Assembly: GCA_040326155.1 (NCBI GenBank) | Contig: JBEQLE010000022.1 | Coordinates: forward strand, 1 to 52,569 | Source of the DNA: Leptospirales bacterium | GTDB lineage: Bacteria > Spirochaetota > Leptospiria > Turneriellales > JAOUFE01 | Length of the DNA: 52,569 nt | Direction of reading: 5' to 3' | Shown here: in pieces, positions 29,134 to 40,200 of the stretch | Numbering within the stretch: position 1 is the first letter of the stretch | How the letters are laid out: each line of letters opens with the position of its first letter | The notes under the pieces: model-generated | Told to the model about the DNA's origin: nothing | Database searches by the model: none | Seen by the model: the letters and a program-made list of their open reading frames with translations, nothing else | Translations under genes and position numbers: made by a program

Positions 29134-29796
29134 TTAATCCATTGCAGTATTTAAAAAGTCGTTCAAAGGAAAAATCGCTTTAAACCCTTTTAACACAGCG
29201 GGTAAAAATCTTTCGGTAAGTACTTCATCATCACTTACCGTATGTGAAACAATGTAATTTTTATATCGTAGCAAGTGTGCCGCCGGATTATCTTTCTTAA
29301 AACCCCTTGGTACTGTTTTTAGTTTATCATCCATTAGCTCGGTATAAAGTTTTTTAAACTGTGCATTTTTCAGAATCTGTTCCAGTTCAGTAAACTCACT
29401 GGCAATTTTATTGCGCACCAAAGCCAACTTTGCGGGTTCTGCCCCATATAAACCACCTGCAAAAACGGTTTTAGAGCCTGGCTCTATATGTATATAATAA
29501 CCCGCTCTCGAAGACTTACGACCACCGGGTGTAATGAATGCGCCAAAATGGGTTTTATAAGGAGTTTTATCTTTTGAAAACCGGGTGTCTTTATATATTC
29601 TAAATATACAATCCTTGGCTCTAACATTCTCTATACGAGCATCAAAGTTAATAATTTTAGATATTAAAACTTCTGTAAACGCTTCAAATTCTTCAAGACA
29701 ATTTTTATATTCGTCTTTATGGTCATGAAACCATTCTCGATCGTTATTGGCTTTCAAGTTTTCCAGGAACTGAAAAGTATTTTTGCTTATTTTCAT
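29134..29796 (-). CDS. DUF2461 family protein
   Basis: NNDREWF, FRIYKDTRFSKDKTPYK, LKTVPRGF. Confidence 0.92.
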   Translation of the reverse strand: MKISKNTFQFLENLKANNDREWFHDHKDEYKNCLEEFEAFTEVLISKIINFDARIENVRAKDCIFRIYKDTRFSKDKTPYKTHFGAFITPGGRKSSRAGYYIHIEPGSKTVFAGGLYGAEPAKLALVRNKIASEFTELEQILKNAQFKKLYTELMDDKLKTVPRGFKKDNPAAHLLRYKNYIVSHTVSDDEVLTERFLPAVLKGFKAIFPLNDFLNTAMD

Positions 29797-29940
29797 CTTA
29801 TTACCTTATTATAAATTTCTTATCATAACGCAATAAAAAAAGTAATGTGCCATCATAGTATTCTGTTAACGTTTTCTAATTTGCTTTACATGCTCAGCGA
29901 AAAATAACCGATAGTAATATTATGAACAAGGAGTCCAACG

Positions 29941-30720
29941 ATGTCAGATAACAATTTTAATTGGGAAAATTCGAAACAGCTTTCGGTTATAAAAGTTATT
30001 TTGGCTTTTGCTATTCCCAGCGCTGTTGCTTTTACAGGGTTCAGAATTATTCTACCCATTATTTATGAGCAAGGGATTCCTGCAATTATTGCCTGGCCTG
30101 CCATCGCGTCAGGAATGTTACTTTTGGTTTTAATTGTTGCCATAATACTTCTTCGACGAGAAGCAAAAGAGTTAAATATCTCTTTTAAAGAAAGAATATG
30201 CCTTAAAAAACTTACAGCCAGCCAGTGGGGTATTTATCTCGGTGTACTGGCCCTGGGTTTAGCGATCACCATGGGTATGAGCAATCTCAGTATCTACATG
30301 ACTGAAATACCCGGACTTTCCGTTCCGGACTATTTTCCGTTTTTTCTGAATCCAGCAATTGACCCAATGAAGACAGATCCTTCCATACTGTCTCCTGACT
30401 TTATTTTAAAAGGAGAATATTGGTTATTTCCTCTGCTCTTTCTTACCCTGTTTCTAAATATTCTAACCGAAGAACTTTACTTTCGAGCATGGCTTCTGCC
30501 AAAAATGAGTAAATTGGGGAAAGCATCCTGGGTCATCAATGGCTCACTTTTTGCATGTTACCACACATTCCAATTTTGGCTTTTCCCGCAGCTTTTACCG
30601 ATCAGTCTTTTTATGGCGTATGTAGTCTATAAAAGTAAAAGCATCTGGCCGGCATTCGCTATTCATATGGTCGTAAACTTGATGACACTCGCAGGGTTAA
30701 TTACATTGATTATTGTATAA
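29941..30720 (+). CDS. CPBP/CAAX (Abi) family intramembrane metalloprotease
   Basis: EELYFR, FACYH, H..VN motifs in a multi-TM protein. Confidence 0.9.
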   Translation: MSDNNFNWENSKQLSVIKVILAFAIPSAVAFTGFRIILPIIYEQGIPAIIAWPAIASGMLLLVLIVAIILLRREAKELNISFKERICLKKLTASQWGIYLGVLALGLAITMGMSNLSIYMTEIPGLSVPDYFPFFLNPAIDPMKTDPSILSPDFILKGEYWLFPLLFLTLFLNILTEELYFRAWLLPKMSKLGKASWVINGSLFACYHTFQFWLFPQLLPISLFMAYVVYKSKSIWPAFAIHMVVNLMTLAGLITLIIV

Positions 30721-30737
30721 ACTCCAGGCGGGTAAAA

Positions 30738-31391
30738 TTATTGTTTCTTTCCAATGCAGTAATAATATGCCTTAAAAAAGAACTCTTTTTTTACAACCGC
30801 GCTTAAATCTTTTTGCATTATGGCATATAACTCTTTACTGTTTTGGTGACCTTCCCGGGTTCCCCCAAATTTTTTGGATAAAAAAATTGTAACCGGGTCC
30901 AAAACTCCAAACCAACCTGATGCCAATTGCATATCACCAATAATAATCTCCCCTTGTTTTTTAACAAAAGAAACCAGGTTGCTATAAGCTTGCTTATAAC
31001 CCGGAATGATGGACATCCCCAAAGTGCAAACACCGACATCAAAATAGGAGTCTATTTTACTTTTCACTTTTGTAAATTTTGTTATGTCCGCTTCAATCAG
31101 TTCAATATTTTCCCAGCGGTTTTTCCTGATTTTTTCCTTCGCCTGACTTAACATTTCAGAAGAAAAATCGACACCTACTATTTTTCCTTCTTTGCCAATC
31201 TTCTTTAATATATGCGGAAAATCCAGACCGGTACCGCAGCAAAAAACCAAAACAGTATCTCCTTTTTTTAAAGATGAATCGTAAAAAGCTTTCTTTTTCC
31301 ACCTGGTAAAAAATGGGGGAATTGAAAAATCGTATTTATCAGCGACTTTACTTTCATAAATTTTTTCTATATTACCAGACACCAATTTCAT
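30738..31391 (-). CDS. Class I SAM-dependent methyltransferase (UbiE-like)
   Basis: VLVFCCGTG, VGVDFSSEML, IEADI. Confidence 0.88.
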   Translation of the reverse strand: MKLVSGNIEKIYESKVADKYDFSIPPFFTRWKKKAFYDSSLKKGDTVLVFCCGTGLDFPHILKKIGKEGKIVGVDFSSEMLSQAKEKIRKNRWENIELIEADITKFTKVKSKIDSYFDVGVCTLGMSIIPGYKQAYSNLVSFVKKQGEIIIGDMQLASGWFGVLDPVTIFLSKKFGGTREGHQNSKELYAIMQKDLSAVVKKEFFFKAYYYCIGKKQ

Positions 31392-31430
31392 TTCGTTCTC
31401 CTTAAATCAAAACCTTTCGAAATCTTAATT

Positions 31431-33821
31431 CTATTCATAAGCTAATGCCTCTCGGGTCGACACCTTAATCGCTTTTCGGGCGGGTATTCTGCTGGCTAAC
31501 CAGCCAAATATAAAAGTTACAAAAAAAGTAATAACGAAACCCATAAAACTAAAAGTAAAGTCAAGCCGGGTTTCATCCCCTAAAATTAACTCACCGAAAA
31601 ATATCGAAGCAAAGTAACTCAAAGGCAAGCTGAACAGTAAACCCAAAGAAATTCCTGTTAAACTGATTACTAAACCTTCGGTGACAAACAAATTATATAT
31701 TTTTTGTGGTGTGGCGCCTATAGCTCTAAGTACGCCTATCTCTCTTGTTCTTTCCATTATATTAATACCGGTGGCCGAGGCCATACCAAGCGCGCTGACG
31801 ATTAAAACAAGCAACGATAAAAATATTAACACAGAAAGAATAATATTCAAATGGTTAAATATAATAAGCCCCCGCTCCGCCTGTGACATTACATACAAAA
31901 CAGATAAACCGGAAGCCCCTGCTCTTTTTTCAATTTCTCTTTTCAGAAGAATCACTTTTTCATAATCTCTATTTTCTGCTGAAAAAAGCAAGCTATTCAC
32001 TAAATGATCAGGGTTTGCAAACCGGTCATAGATTTTTTTATCCATATAAATTTTTGGCGCGTCAAACTCTTTAATAACACCAACCAGTTTTGCGCGAATC
32101 GGTTTTTCTTTCAATTCTATATCGTATGTATTCCCAATAACCGGTTGCCCGAAAACCCCGGCAGCTTTTTGATTCAACACAAACTCCGGACTGTCCGAAC
32201 CCCCAAGCCAACGCCCCCTGATGACATCGAATTTTACAAGTTGAGTATTATGGGGAAGAGCAACAATACCAATGCCACTTTTCGCAGAAAGAACTTTCGA
32301 TTGAAGGCGCCCGGTTCCACCATTCCAGGACTCAACACTTTTAATATTATCCAGATTTTCAAAAGGTAAAATAGCATCCGCATAAGATACCTGCTTTTTA
32401 AAAACAACCTTAACATCATATTTCATAGAATCTTTTGAGTCGAATAAAAAGTTGGCTAACGATGCCCTTACATTAAATCCTGTACTGAAAATAGCAACAC
32501 CGAGCGACATCATCGCTACGGTTACCAGTAATCTCTTCTTTCTACGCAGGAGGTTTCTAAATGCAAGTTGCGTACTATAAGAAAAAAACTTTTCCCGGGA
32601 CTGATCGCCGGCACTGCTTCTATACTCACTTTTCGAAACTTTGTTTTCACTTCCCGTACCGTAATCACTCAAGGCCACTAGAGTTGTAACTTTTATTCCT
32701 TTTAACAAAGCCGGTAAAGAAAATAAAACAGGTAAAAACAACGCCAATACAACAAAATTTATATACAAATCCATCGGAAGAGATGTGGTTAATACATCAA
32801 AATTTAATATATCAGCAACAAAGTTGGCAAAACCATACCCGGATGCAACGGCAAGCGGAATAGCTATTATACCGGCTATCATTGCGAGTATCAATATCAT
32901 CGACAAATAAATTTTAAACACACTCAGGGGGGCGGCCCCAATCGCCTTCATAATACCGACCTGGCGAATTTGTTGTGCTAATATAGAACCCATTAATTGT
33001 GAAACTAAAACCATGCCCATAACAAAAGCTAAAAAACCAATAATTCCTTCAAGAGAAAGTATCGTGTTCAATTGCCACTGGTGAGGGTGTTCTTGAAAAT
33101 TCGGAATCTCCAGAGATTTCAAATGTACCCCGTTTGTTTCAAGCTTATTTACTAAACGCTCTACAAGAGAAATTACCTCTTCTCGGGAAGAGACATCACG
33201 TAATCGTAGAATTAAACGAGTATTCAATTTCTCACCGGTAATTTGTGTAAAAGTTTCCCGGTTTACATAAGCATAGATAAAGGCATCCTGCGTGGCGGGG
33301 GCTTGCGCCGGGTCAAAAGTAATTCCACTAATTGACAATTGAATTGTTTTACCGTCAACCCTGACCCTGGCCTTAGACCCGAGTTTCAAATTAGAAACCA
33401 ATTGCCCGTTTCTCTCGATTAACATTGTTCCGTTTTCCGGGACCGTGTCTCCTTCTTGCTGAAAAATTTCAGCCAGATGAAAGGAATTAAAATCTTCTAC
33501 ACCATACAACCACAATGGAAGCCACTGGTCCGGGTAAACTTCAATTCTTTGCAATAAAAACTCTCGAAATTCTGCGCTCTCGATTCGCTCGTCTTGTTTA
33601 AAATTTTCCAGGTCAATTTTATAAAAATCATCAGACGTAAGTATTGCATGAGCCGGTCTTGACCTGATGAAATTTTCACTAAGGTCATTCTTAAGGATAG
33701 TATAGGAGACCAGAATAGTCCCCACTCCCCACAGACCAATTACCAAAGAAAAAATTACCAGAGCAGACCGACCGGGGTTAGTCAATAAATCTGCAAATGC
33801 TTTTTTATACTTTGCGTTCAT
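31431..33821 (-). CDS. FtsX/MacB-like ABC transporter permease (two-repeat)
   Basis: QVGIMKAIGA, ERTREIGVLRAIGA, C-terminal PARKA..REALAYE; ATG at 33821. Confidence 0.93.
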   Translation of the reverse strand: MNAKYKKAFADLLTNPGRSALVIFSLVIGLWGVGTILVSYTILKNDLSENFIRSRPAHAILTSDDFYKIDLENFKQDERIESAEFREFLLQRIEVYPDQWLPLWLYGVEDFNSFHLAEIFQQEGDTVPENGTMLIERNGQLVSNLKLGSKARVRVDGKTIQLSISGITFDPAQAPATQDAFIYAYVNRETFTQITGEKLNTRLILRLRDVSSREEVISLVERLVNKLETNGVHLKSLEIPNFQEHPHQWQLNTILSLEGIIGFLAFVMGMVLVSQLMGSILAQQIRQVGIMKAIGAAPLSVFKIYLSMILILAMIAGIIAIPLAVASGYGFANFVADILNFDVLTTSLPMDLYINFVVLALFLPVLFSLPALLKGIKVTTLVALSDYGTGSENKVSKSEYRSSAGDQSREKFFSYSTQLAFRNLLRRKKRLLVTVAMMSLGVAIFSTGFNVRASLANFLFDSKDSMKYDVKVVFKKQVSYADAILPFENLDNIKSVESWNGGTGRLQSKVLSAKSGIGIVALPHNTQLVKFDVIRGRWLGGSDSPEFVLNQKAAGVFGQPVIGNTYDIELKEKPIRAKLVGVIKEFDAPKIYMDKKIYDRFANPDHLVNSLLFSAENRDYEKVILLKREIEKRAGASGLSVLYVMSQAERGLIIFNHLNIILSVLIFLSLLVLIVSALGMASATGINIMERTREIGVLRAIGATPQKIYNLFVTEGLVISLTGISLGLLFSLPLSYFASIFFGELILGDETRLDFTFSFMGFVITFFVTFIFGWLASRIPARKAIKVSTREALAYE

Positions 33822-33822
33822 A

Positions 33823-34518
33823 TCAGTTCCTTTTGTCATCGACAATACTACCATCATGAATCGTAACAACTCGATTATATTGAGACGGTTTTACATTTTC
33901 ATGAGTCACAACAATGACTGTTTTACCATCGTCCGAAAGTTGTGAAAATAAATTTTGAATGGACGCAGCGGTTTTACTGTCCAAATTTCCAGTAGGTTCA
34001 TCTGCGACCAAAATCGGGGGGTCGTTGGCAAGCGCCCGTGCAATGGCTGCGCGTTGTTGTTCTCCTCCCGAAAGTCCCGATGGTTTTTTCGCCGCATGGT
34101 CTAAAATTCCCACCCTGGCAAGTAAGTTCTCAGCCCGTTCCCGGCGCTCTTTCCGGGGAAATACATTTACAAAATCCATAGCCAGCATCAAGTTTTCCAG
34201 AATACTCAGTGTGGGAATTAGCTGAAAAAACTGAAACACAATACCCACAGTTTTTCCTCGCCAGTTAGCCAAGCGACTCTCGTTCAAGGTATGTACCTGG
34301 TTGCCATCGATCGTCACCGTGCCTTCGCTTGGATGGTCTATACCGGTCAGCATATTCAGCAAAGTGGATTTCCCACTTCCCGATTTACCGACAATTGCCA
34401 ACTGCCTGCCTTGCTCAATGGTTAAATCAATATTACATAAAGCATTAAAGCGCCCCGCCGGCGTATCAAACCATTTCGAAACACCGTGAAACTGGATGTA
34501 GTTTATATTCTCTTTCAT
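33823..34518 (-). CDS. ABC transporter ATP-binding protein (LolD/MacB-like)
   Basis: GKSGSGKS, LSGGEQQR, ADEPTGNLD, VTH. Confidence 0.95.
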   Translation of the reverse strand: MKENINYIQFHGVSKWFDTPAGRFNALCNIDLTIEQGRQLAIVGKSGSGKSTLLNMLTGIDHPSEGTVTIDGNQVHTLNESRLANWRGKTVGIVFQFFQLIPTLSILENLMLAMDFVNVFPRKERRERAENLLARVGILDHAAKKPSGLSGGEQQRAAIARALANDPPILVADEPTGNLDSKTAASIQNLFSQLSDDGKTVIVVTHENVKPSQYNRVVTIHDGSIVDDKRN

Positions 34519-34578
34519 TTTAGTTCCTTTATTCTCCTATCCCAATGCAGGGAAACCCAACACTACTATCAACTATAA

Positions 34579-34595
34579 TACTATACTGTATAGCA
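34579..34595. promoter_or_regulatory. Putative PadR operator upstream of the ABC operon
   Basis: TACTATACTGTATAGCA with palindromic core CTATAC-n-GTATAG; exact reverse complement at 35178-35194. Confidence 0.75.
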
Positions 34596-34610
34596 CTCGA
34601 CCAAAAAAAC

Positions 34611-35177
34611 TCACTTCTTTTTATTTTCTTTTTCGAAATCCTGCACAACCTCTGTTATCCATTTTACCAATGTATTTAATGTCATACGATATTGTTTTAC
34701 AATCATTCGAATAGCAAACGGAGCCCGAGATACCTCTTTTTCATGCGAGACTACCCAATCTCTCAACTGTCTCAATTGAACTTGTAAATTACCCAGCATC
34801 TCGCTGGATTTTTGCGGTTCCAACTGGTCAATATTCCAGAGGAAGGTGTTAAAATCAAAAAAGAAGGGCTGAATCTGACTCGAAAAATGATGCATCAAAT
34901 TGTAAAAATGTGTTTTTCCTTTGGCATTTACTGAATAGACAATTTTTTCCGGGTTCTCGCCATCGCGAATAGTTTTGCCGTTTAAAAACTCAGATTTATA
35001 GAGTCGTTTGCATACCTTATAAACAGCCGGGGAGCTAATCTTTATTAACCGATTAATATTCATTTCGTCGATAAAATGCGTTATCTCGTAGGCATTCATC
35101 TGTTTTTTCTGTAAAATGCCCAACACGATCAGATCTATCGTCGACATAGTTTTGTTCGTTTTCACCGGCGACTCCAC
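34611..35177 (-). CDS. PadR family transcriptional regulator
   Basis: LIVLGIL..MNAYEI..SSPAVY..L..PEKIVYSVNAKG; start GTG 35177 or ATG 35147. Confidence 0.9.
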   Translation of the reverse strand: MESPVKTNKTMSTIDLIVLGILQKKQMNAYEITHFIDEMNINRLIKISSPAVYKVCKRLYKSEFLNGKTIRDGENPEKIVYSVNAKGKTHFYNLMHHFSSQIQPFFFDFNTFLWNIDQLEPQKSSEMLGNLQVQLRQLRDWVVSHEKEVSRAPFAIRMIVKQYRMTLNTLVKWITEVVQDFEKENKKK

Positions 35178-35214
35178 TGCTATACAGTATAGTACTTTGC
35201 TTCGGCAGCGTCAA
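35178..35214 (-). promoter_or_regulatory. padR promoter with overlapping operator
   Basis: TTGACG (35214-35209), 17-bp spacer, TATACT (35191-35186); operator copy at 35178-35194. Confidence 0.8.
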
Positions 35215-35220
35215 GTTTTT

Positions 35221-35463
35221 TTAACGCATCTGTGAAATTTGTTTAGCCAAACGAGTAAGATCGTCTATAACTTCTGCAGGGTTTGGGTTTATGTTACCGG
35301 CCAACTCCAGCGCGCTTTGTATTAACTCCAGCAACAACTTTTTCTGGGCCTCCGATTGAACCTCTCTCATATTAAATCTTTCTTCTTTAAATTGAGCCGC
35401 TTTCTGGTCAATCGTCCCCATAATTTGATTCAGGGTTTGTATCTGCTCTGATTGTAAACTCAT
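35221..35463 (-). CDS. Hypothetical helical protein
   Basis: 80-aa ORF with ATG start filling the gap; no family recognised. Confidence 0.7.
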   Translation of the reverse strand: MSLQSEQIQTLNQIMGTIDQKAAQFKEERFNMREVQSEAQKKLLLELIQSALELAGNINPNPAEVIDDLTRLAKQISQMR

Positions 35464-35504
35464 ACTACACGGTTCTCATTCGTTAGACATCTTTGCAACA
35501 AATT

Positions 35505-35645
35505 TCAGGCCGACGAAGTCCCGTGTATTTTCGTAGAGTAAAAGTAAATTTCACCACAAGTTCGCACTGCGGAATGCGACCGGCATCGAGATCCGTTGCT
35601 TTAGGGCTGGATGAATCACCGGATGAACCATCGCGTTCGTCGGCC
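35505..35645 (+). repeat. Dispersed repeat family copy C, longest, with 10-bp terminal inverted repeat
   Basis: TCAGGCCGACGAAGTC identical to 49125-49140; GGCCGACGAA (35508-35517) inverted as TTCGTCGGCC (35636-35645). Confidence 0.8.
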
Positions 35646-35758
35646 ATTTAAAAAGATGAGATACGTGATTTGTTCGACGTAATCTACATAACCAACGCCG
35701 TCGTCGCATAATACATGGGCGTAATTACAGACTTTGTCGATAATTTCTGATGTGGACA

Positions 35759-36853
35759 TTATATTCCTTTTAGTTCAAACTTTTCTTTAAAACCATTATG
35801 CCAGCCATGGTCAATATGATCTTCTCGTTGCAATCTACCGACAACTATAGCAGGATGAATTGTATTCTTTTTAGCAAACTCAAGAATATCCTTTTCATAG
35901 AAATGAGCGGCTTTAACAAACCTGTTATATTCTTTTTCGGGGATTAACATATTTCGTGAAAAACGATTGGCTTCCTCTTCTTTGTCCGATTTGTCTAATT
36001 CTTTTGAATCGATAAATATTTCTTTTCTACCATGCTTTAAAATATGAGCCGCTTCATGAAAAAAGGTAAACCAGAAATGATCATTGGTCTTGTGTCGCAA
36101 ACTCATCACAATCATTGCCTTATCAGAACTTAACCATCGTGTGGCACCGGACACATGTGTTTTTTGAAACTCCGGGACAAAGACAAGGGCAACGCCCGCC
36201 TCAGCACAAAGCTTTTTCATTTCAGGTTCAAACTCTTTTGGTGATTTATTGGTAAGGTCTCGTATCTTTTTCAAATTAGCCGAAAACTTTTCTTTATTAT
36301 AAGGATGCGTTTCAACTTGTTCTGCGATTTTTTCACCAACACGAAGCCATGTGGCAATATGGGGAAGATCATCCGTAAAAGACGGTGACTTACGAAAGCT
36401 GGTCGCTGTCTTTGAATAATAACTGGCCCATTGATCTACACCAGGCACGCGAAAAAAATGAAGAAGACCTTCCAAGAGTTCCAATCGATCTTTACCCGGC
36501 GGCAAATAGCCCATTTCCTGGAGGTTTTTTATGGGAAACTTTTTAAGCCACTCGAAATTATTTTTCAACGTCTCTTTTTATTTTTTTCGGGCAGCATAAA
36601 GTTCATAATCGGCGTTCATATTATTCCAGATATTTGCAGAAATACCCAATGCTTTTTCAAGTTGTAACGATAGCTCGGAAGTTAAACCAACATGGGCGTT
36701 GACAATCTGGCTGATATGTTTTTCTGATACGTTGAGTCGCTCAGCCAGCTCGGTTTTTTTTATCCCCCGACTTTCCAGCACTTCTTCGAGGTATTCCCCG
36801 GGGTGCACAGAGTAATCGGGTTTATATGCATACATTGTATTATTATTCGCCAT
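35759..36853 (-). pseudogene. higA: HigA antitoxin (XRE HTH + ImmA/IrrE metallopeptidase) interrupted by an in-frame TAA
   Basis: SVHPGEYLEE..HTH..W(NNM)..Y then AAA AAA TAA AAA GAG ACG TTG in the same frame, continuing to HFWFTFFHEAAH..EEEANRF. Confidence 0.88.
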
Positions 36854-37030
36854 GGTAATCCTCCACACCAAGAATTATTATCCCGGTAATTATTGTTAAA
36901 TTTATTTCGCCATTTTCAAGATAGGTCAGTTCATCGCTCGCTTCAAATATCAGCCTGTATGGTTGCACCAAGTCAATGGCAAACTCATTTTTTCTTTTCC
37001 CGGATAAGCGATGTCTTCTTTCTGGTTTTT
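36843..37030 (-). pseudogene. higB: 5'-truncated HigB (killer-suppression type) toxin
   Basis: PERRHRLSGKRKNEFAIDLVQPYRLIFE...GVEDYHGE* overlaps the higA start; N-terminal half absent; boundary approximate. Confidence 0.8.
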
Positions 37031-37212
37031 GCTGATATAAAAAAGATACGCACGGCAAACTATAATACTCTTTACCTGTTTGGTAAAGTGTTTTTTGTTG
37101 TGTTGTTGGGCTACCGTTGAATCGCCGGTCCGGGCAGTGTGTATTTCCCGGGGTGTTTTGTTGTTTATTGTTTGTTCGTTATTATACTTTGGTTATAAAT
37201 TAAACTCATCAA

Positions 37213-40200
37213 TCATATTAAAGAGTTTCTATATAATGCAAATTTTGTATTTTCTCGAATCTGAATAGCTTCTTCCGCTGGCTCGATGCCTTCAATATTT
37301 AGTATTTTAAAATCTTGCCTGGTACCTATTTCTTCTACAATTGCAGATACCAATCTTAATGCTTCAATAGTTTTCCTACTCTTTAGCCAATTGCTTGTAT
37401 ACTGTATGATTTGTTTGATGCTTATACCTTGTTCTAATAACTTTTCAATCTTATGATCAATAAATGCAGTATGATGATACCTCAAATTGTCATCCAAGCC
37501 ATAGAAAAAATCATCTTCATTTAAAATTGCCTGCTTTCGCCAGTCATTATCTATTCTATTATCAAATATTTTATTTCTGAATTCATACCATTTATTCTTA
37601 TTACAGCAATTCCATATACTGTGAATATCTGAGGGATCAATATAGTCAAGATAAGGTATCAATGATTCTAGTTGCGATTGATTTTGAATACCGGGCATTC
37701 CTGACATGTCAATACCCCAATGCATCCCAATGTATTTAAAAAAAACCTTTGGGTTTTTGTGTTTCTTAATTTCAATATCAACGAGTTCTTTTAATTTTGT
37801 TGTACTCATATAAAGTGCACATTGTATAAATAAATGATTTTGCTTAAGGTTTTGCCAGTTTGCAATTAATAATTGTTCTACATATTCAATATCTAGGCGC
37901 ATCAACAAATCTGACACTGCATAATTTAAATTCGATGAAGGATTTTTTTGTAATTGAATAATCGTTTGTTTATCTGTTATGTAATTGGTTAATGTCTCCG
38001 CGATTTTATCTGACCATATATATTTGCAATAGCGCAACCAAAATTCAACTTTTCCCGTTAGTAATTTTTCTATTAATTGAGGTTCAGCAAGTTGATCGTT
38101 TAACTTTAATCTCTCAGCCAAAATCGAATCGGTTAATACCGTATCTTTCGATTTCTCTATTAGGACATCGATATCATTCATATCTGTTTTTATCGCCCAA
38201 AGATAGAAAGAATTTTTTCTTATAAAATCTTCTTGTTTATCATCATACCATAAACTTAACAATTTATCTCTACTTACTTTCGAATAACCAATACCTTTCT
38301 CATATTTTCTACGCCAATGATCTAGAATTGAACTTTTAAACGACCAAAAACTGCCGGGTTTTCTATCGGCGTCTGCAAATACATTCACCAGGTATTCGAA
38401 TGTCAAGGGGTGATCAGTATTTCTTAGCATCAAAGTTATTGGCCAATGTAATTCACTTTCCTGCGCTTTATTTATAAAATATTTTATAAAATGGTCACTT
38501 GGTACATATCTACCAAATGCCCATGATATATTATATTCACCTACTGCTGCTCTTACTGATTGTGTTTGTTGATCTGATTTATCTGGTAATTGTTCCCATT
38601 CACTACAAATTTCATCAAGAATTTGTTTACTATCTTGAAGATAGCATCTACCTACCGCCCAAAGATAATCTGCCAGGTGTTGAGTTCTATTTACATCATT
38701 TTGCCAACAATCATATATACTAGCAGAAAGTCGTTCGTCAGCAATAAAACCTGCTAATCTTAGTGAACCAATTCGTGCATCATCGGTTATATCAGCTTTA
38801 CTTAAGTAATCAGATAAAGCTATAGTGAGTTGATCTCCAAAACGAATTTTTGCATGTTCAATTTGTCTGTCTCTCCATGGTGCAATTGATCCGGGTTCAA
38901 TCCGTCGACATAGCCGAACACCGGCATCTAAACGACCATTTCGAAATAGAGCAAATAAATTATAATTGCCAAAATCTTTGAAAAGTAAAGTTATTGCCGC
39001 TATCTCATCTTTTTCAATCTCAGATAGAATGCGTAATGCAGACCACCGTAAATTCATAAAATTATCAGAGTGTGTTTTTTCTTCTTTTAGAAAATCTTTA
39101 ATATACCGAATAATTATCTTGTTAAGCTCTTCATTCGAGCTCATATATTTGAGAGCATAAAATAAAGCAAGTTGGTTTTTCGATCGAACTTCGCTTACAA
39201 TATTATCTGAAATGTTATCTCTTGTTATAGCTATGCCTATTGGTTCTGCATAGTATGGTTCTTTTAAAATATCTTCATCTATTGAATCAGTTATCAATGA
39301 ACTATAAATAGTTTCAGCAAGTAAATTATTTCTAATTCTATCATGTCGAAATACTAATATTTCCGATTCACTTTCTTTACGTAAACTTATGAGATCTTTA
39401 GCCTTTGCTAATTCACGTATAATTGTGACTTCTTCGGAAGGGCCAGGGAACCAATTTTTTAAATCTAAAAACTTTGGTGATAGATTATGATTTAAAAGCA
39501 TTTTATAACACAATAAAATCAATGTTGTCTTGTATTCATCATAAGTAAAAGAACCTGAAATAGTTGTTTTTCCTATACTGCTATCCAAATAATCTTTAAT
39601 AATATTTTCTATTTTGTTTTTGTCCGGTTCCCACAATCCGATTAGCAAAGGGTCATTCCCCAGTGAATTAGCTAGTTTATCTGCATCCAGTATGGAGATT
39701 TTTTTATTAATTAATTTATATTTTTTTACTATTGCAGCTCTTGCTTCTTTTATGTTAAAGATTGTTAATGGTAAAATGAATGATTTTATCTGTTTTCTTC
39801 TATTTTCGGATAATAAATCAATATTCGTTGGCCAAATTGGACAAATGAGCTGCCAATTTAATGGCTCTATTTTATCATTACGACCTTCTTTGAATGGTAA
39901 CCATGATATTAACCGATCAAGAATCCTGTTACCTTGGGTCGATCTATTTATATCTTCAATAATACAGACAAGTGGCTTATCTGGTGAAGATAAATTTAAA
40001 GCTGTTTTGCCTGCATGTATTTCTAGTTCAGGTTTTAGTTTATGCAATTCAATGTCTATCGCTTGCTCAAATGTTATGCCGGATTCGAAGTAGTCCGTAT
40101 ACAACACTAATCCAAAACCATCGTTTGAAATATAATCAAATAAATATTTCTTTGCCGCCTCAGTTTTTCCAACCCCCGATTCACCTAAAATAAAAGTAAT

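Noticed and set aside
36578..36580. Stop-codon reassignment or readthrough as a genome-wide feature
   Set aside because: TAA terminates many normal genes here; only one isolated in-frame case
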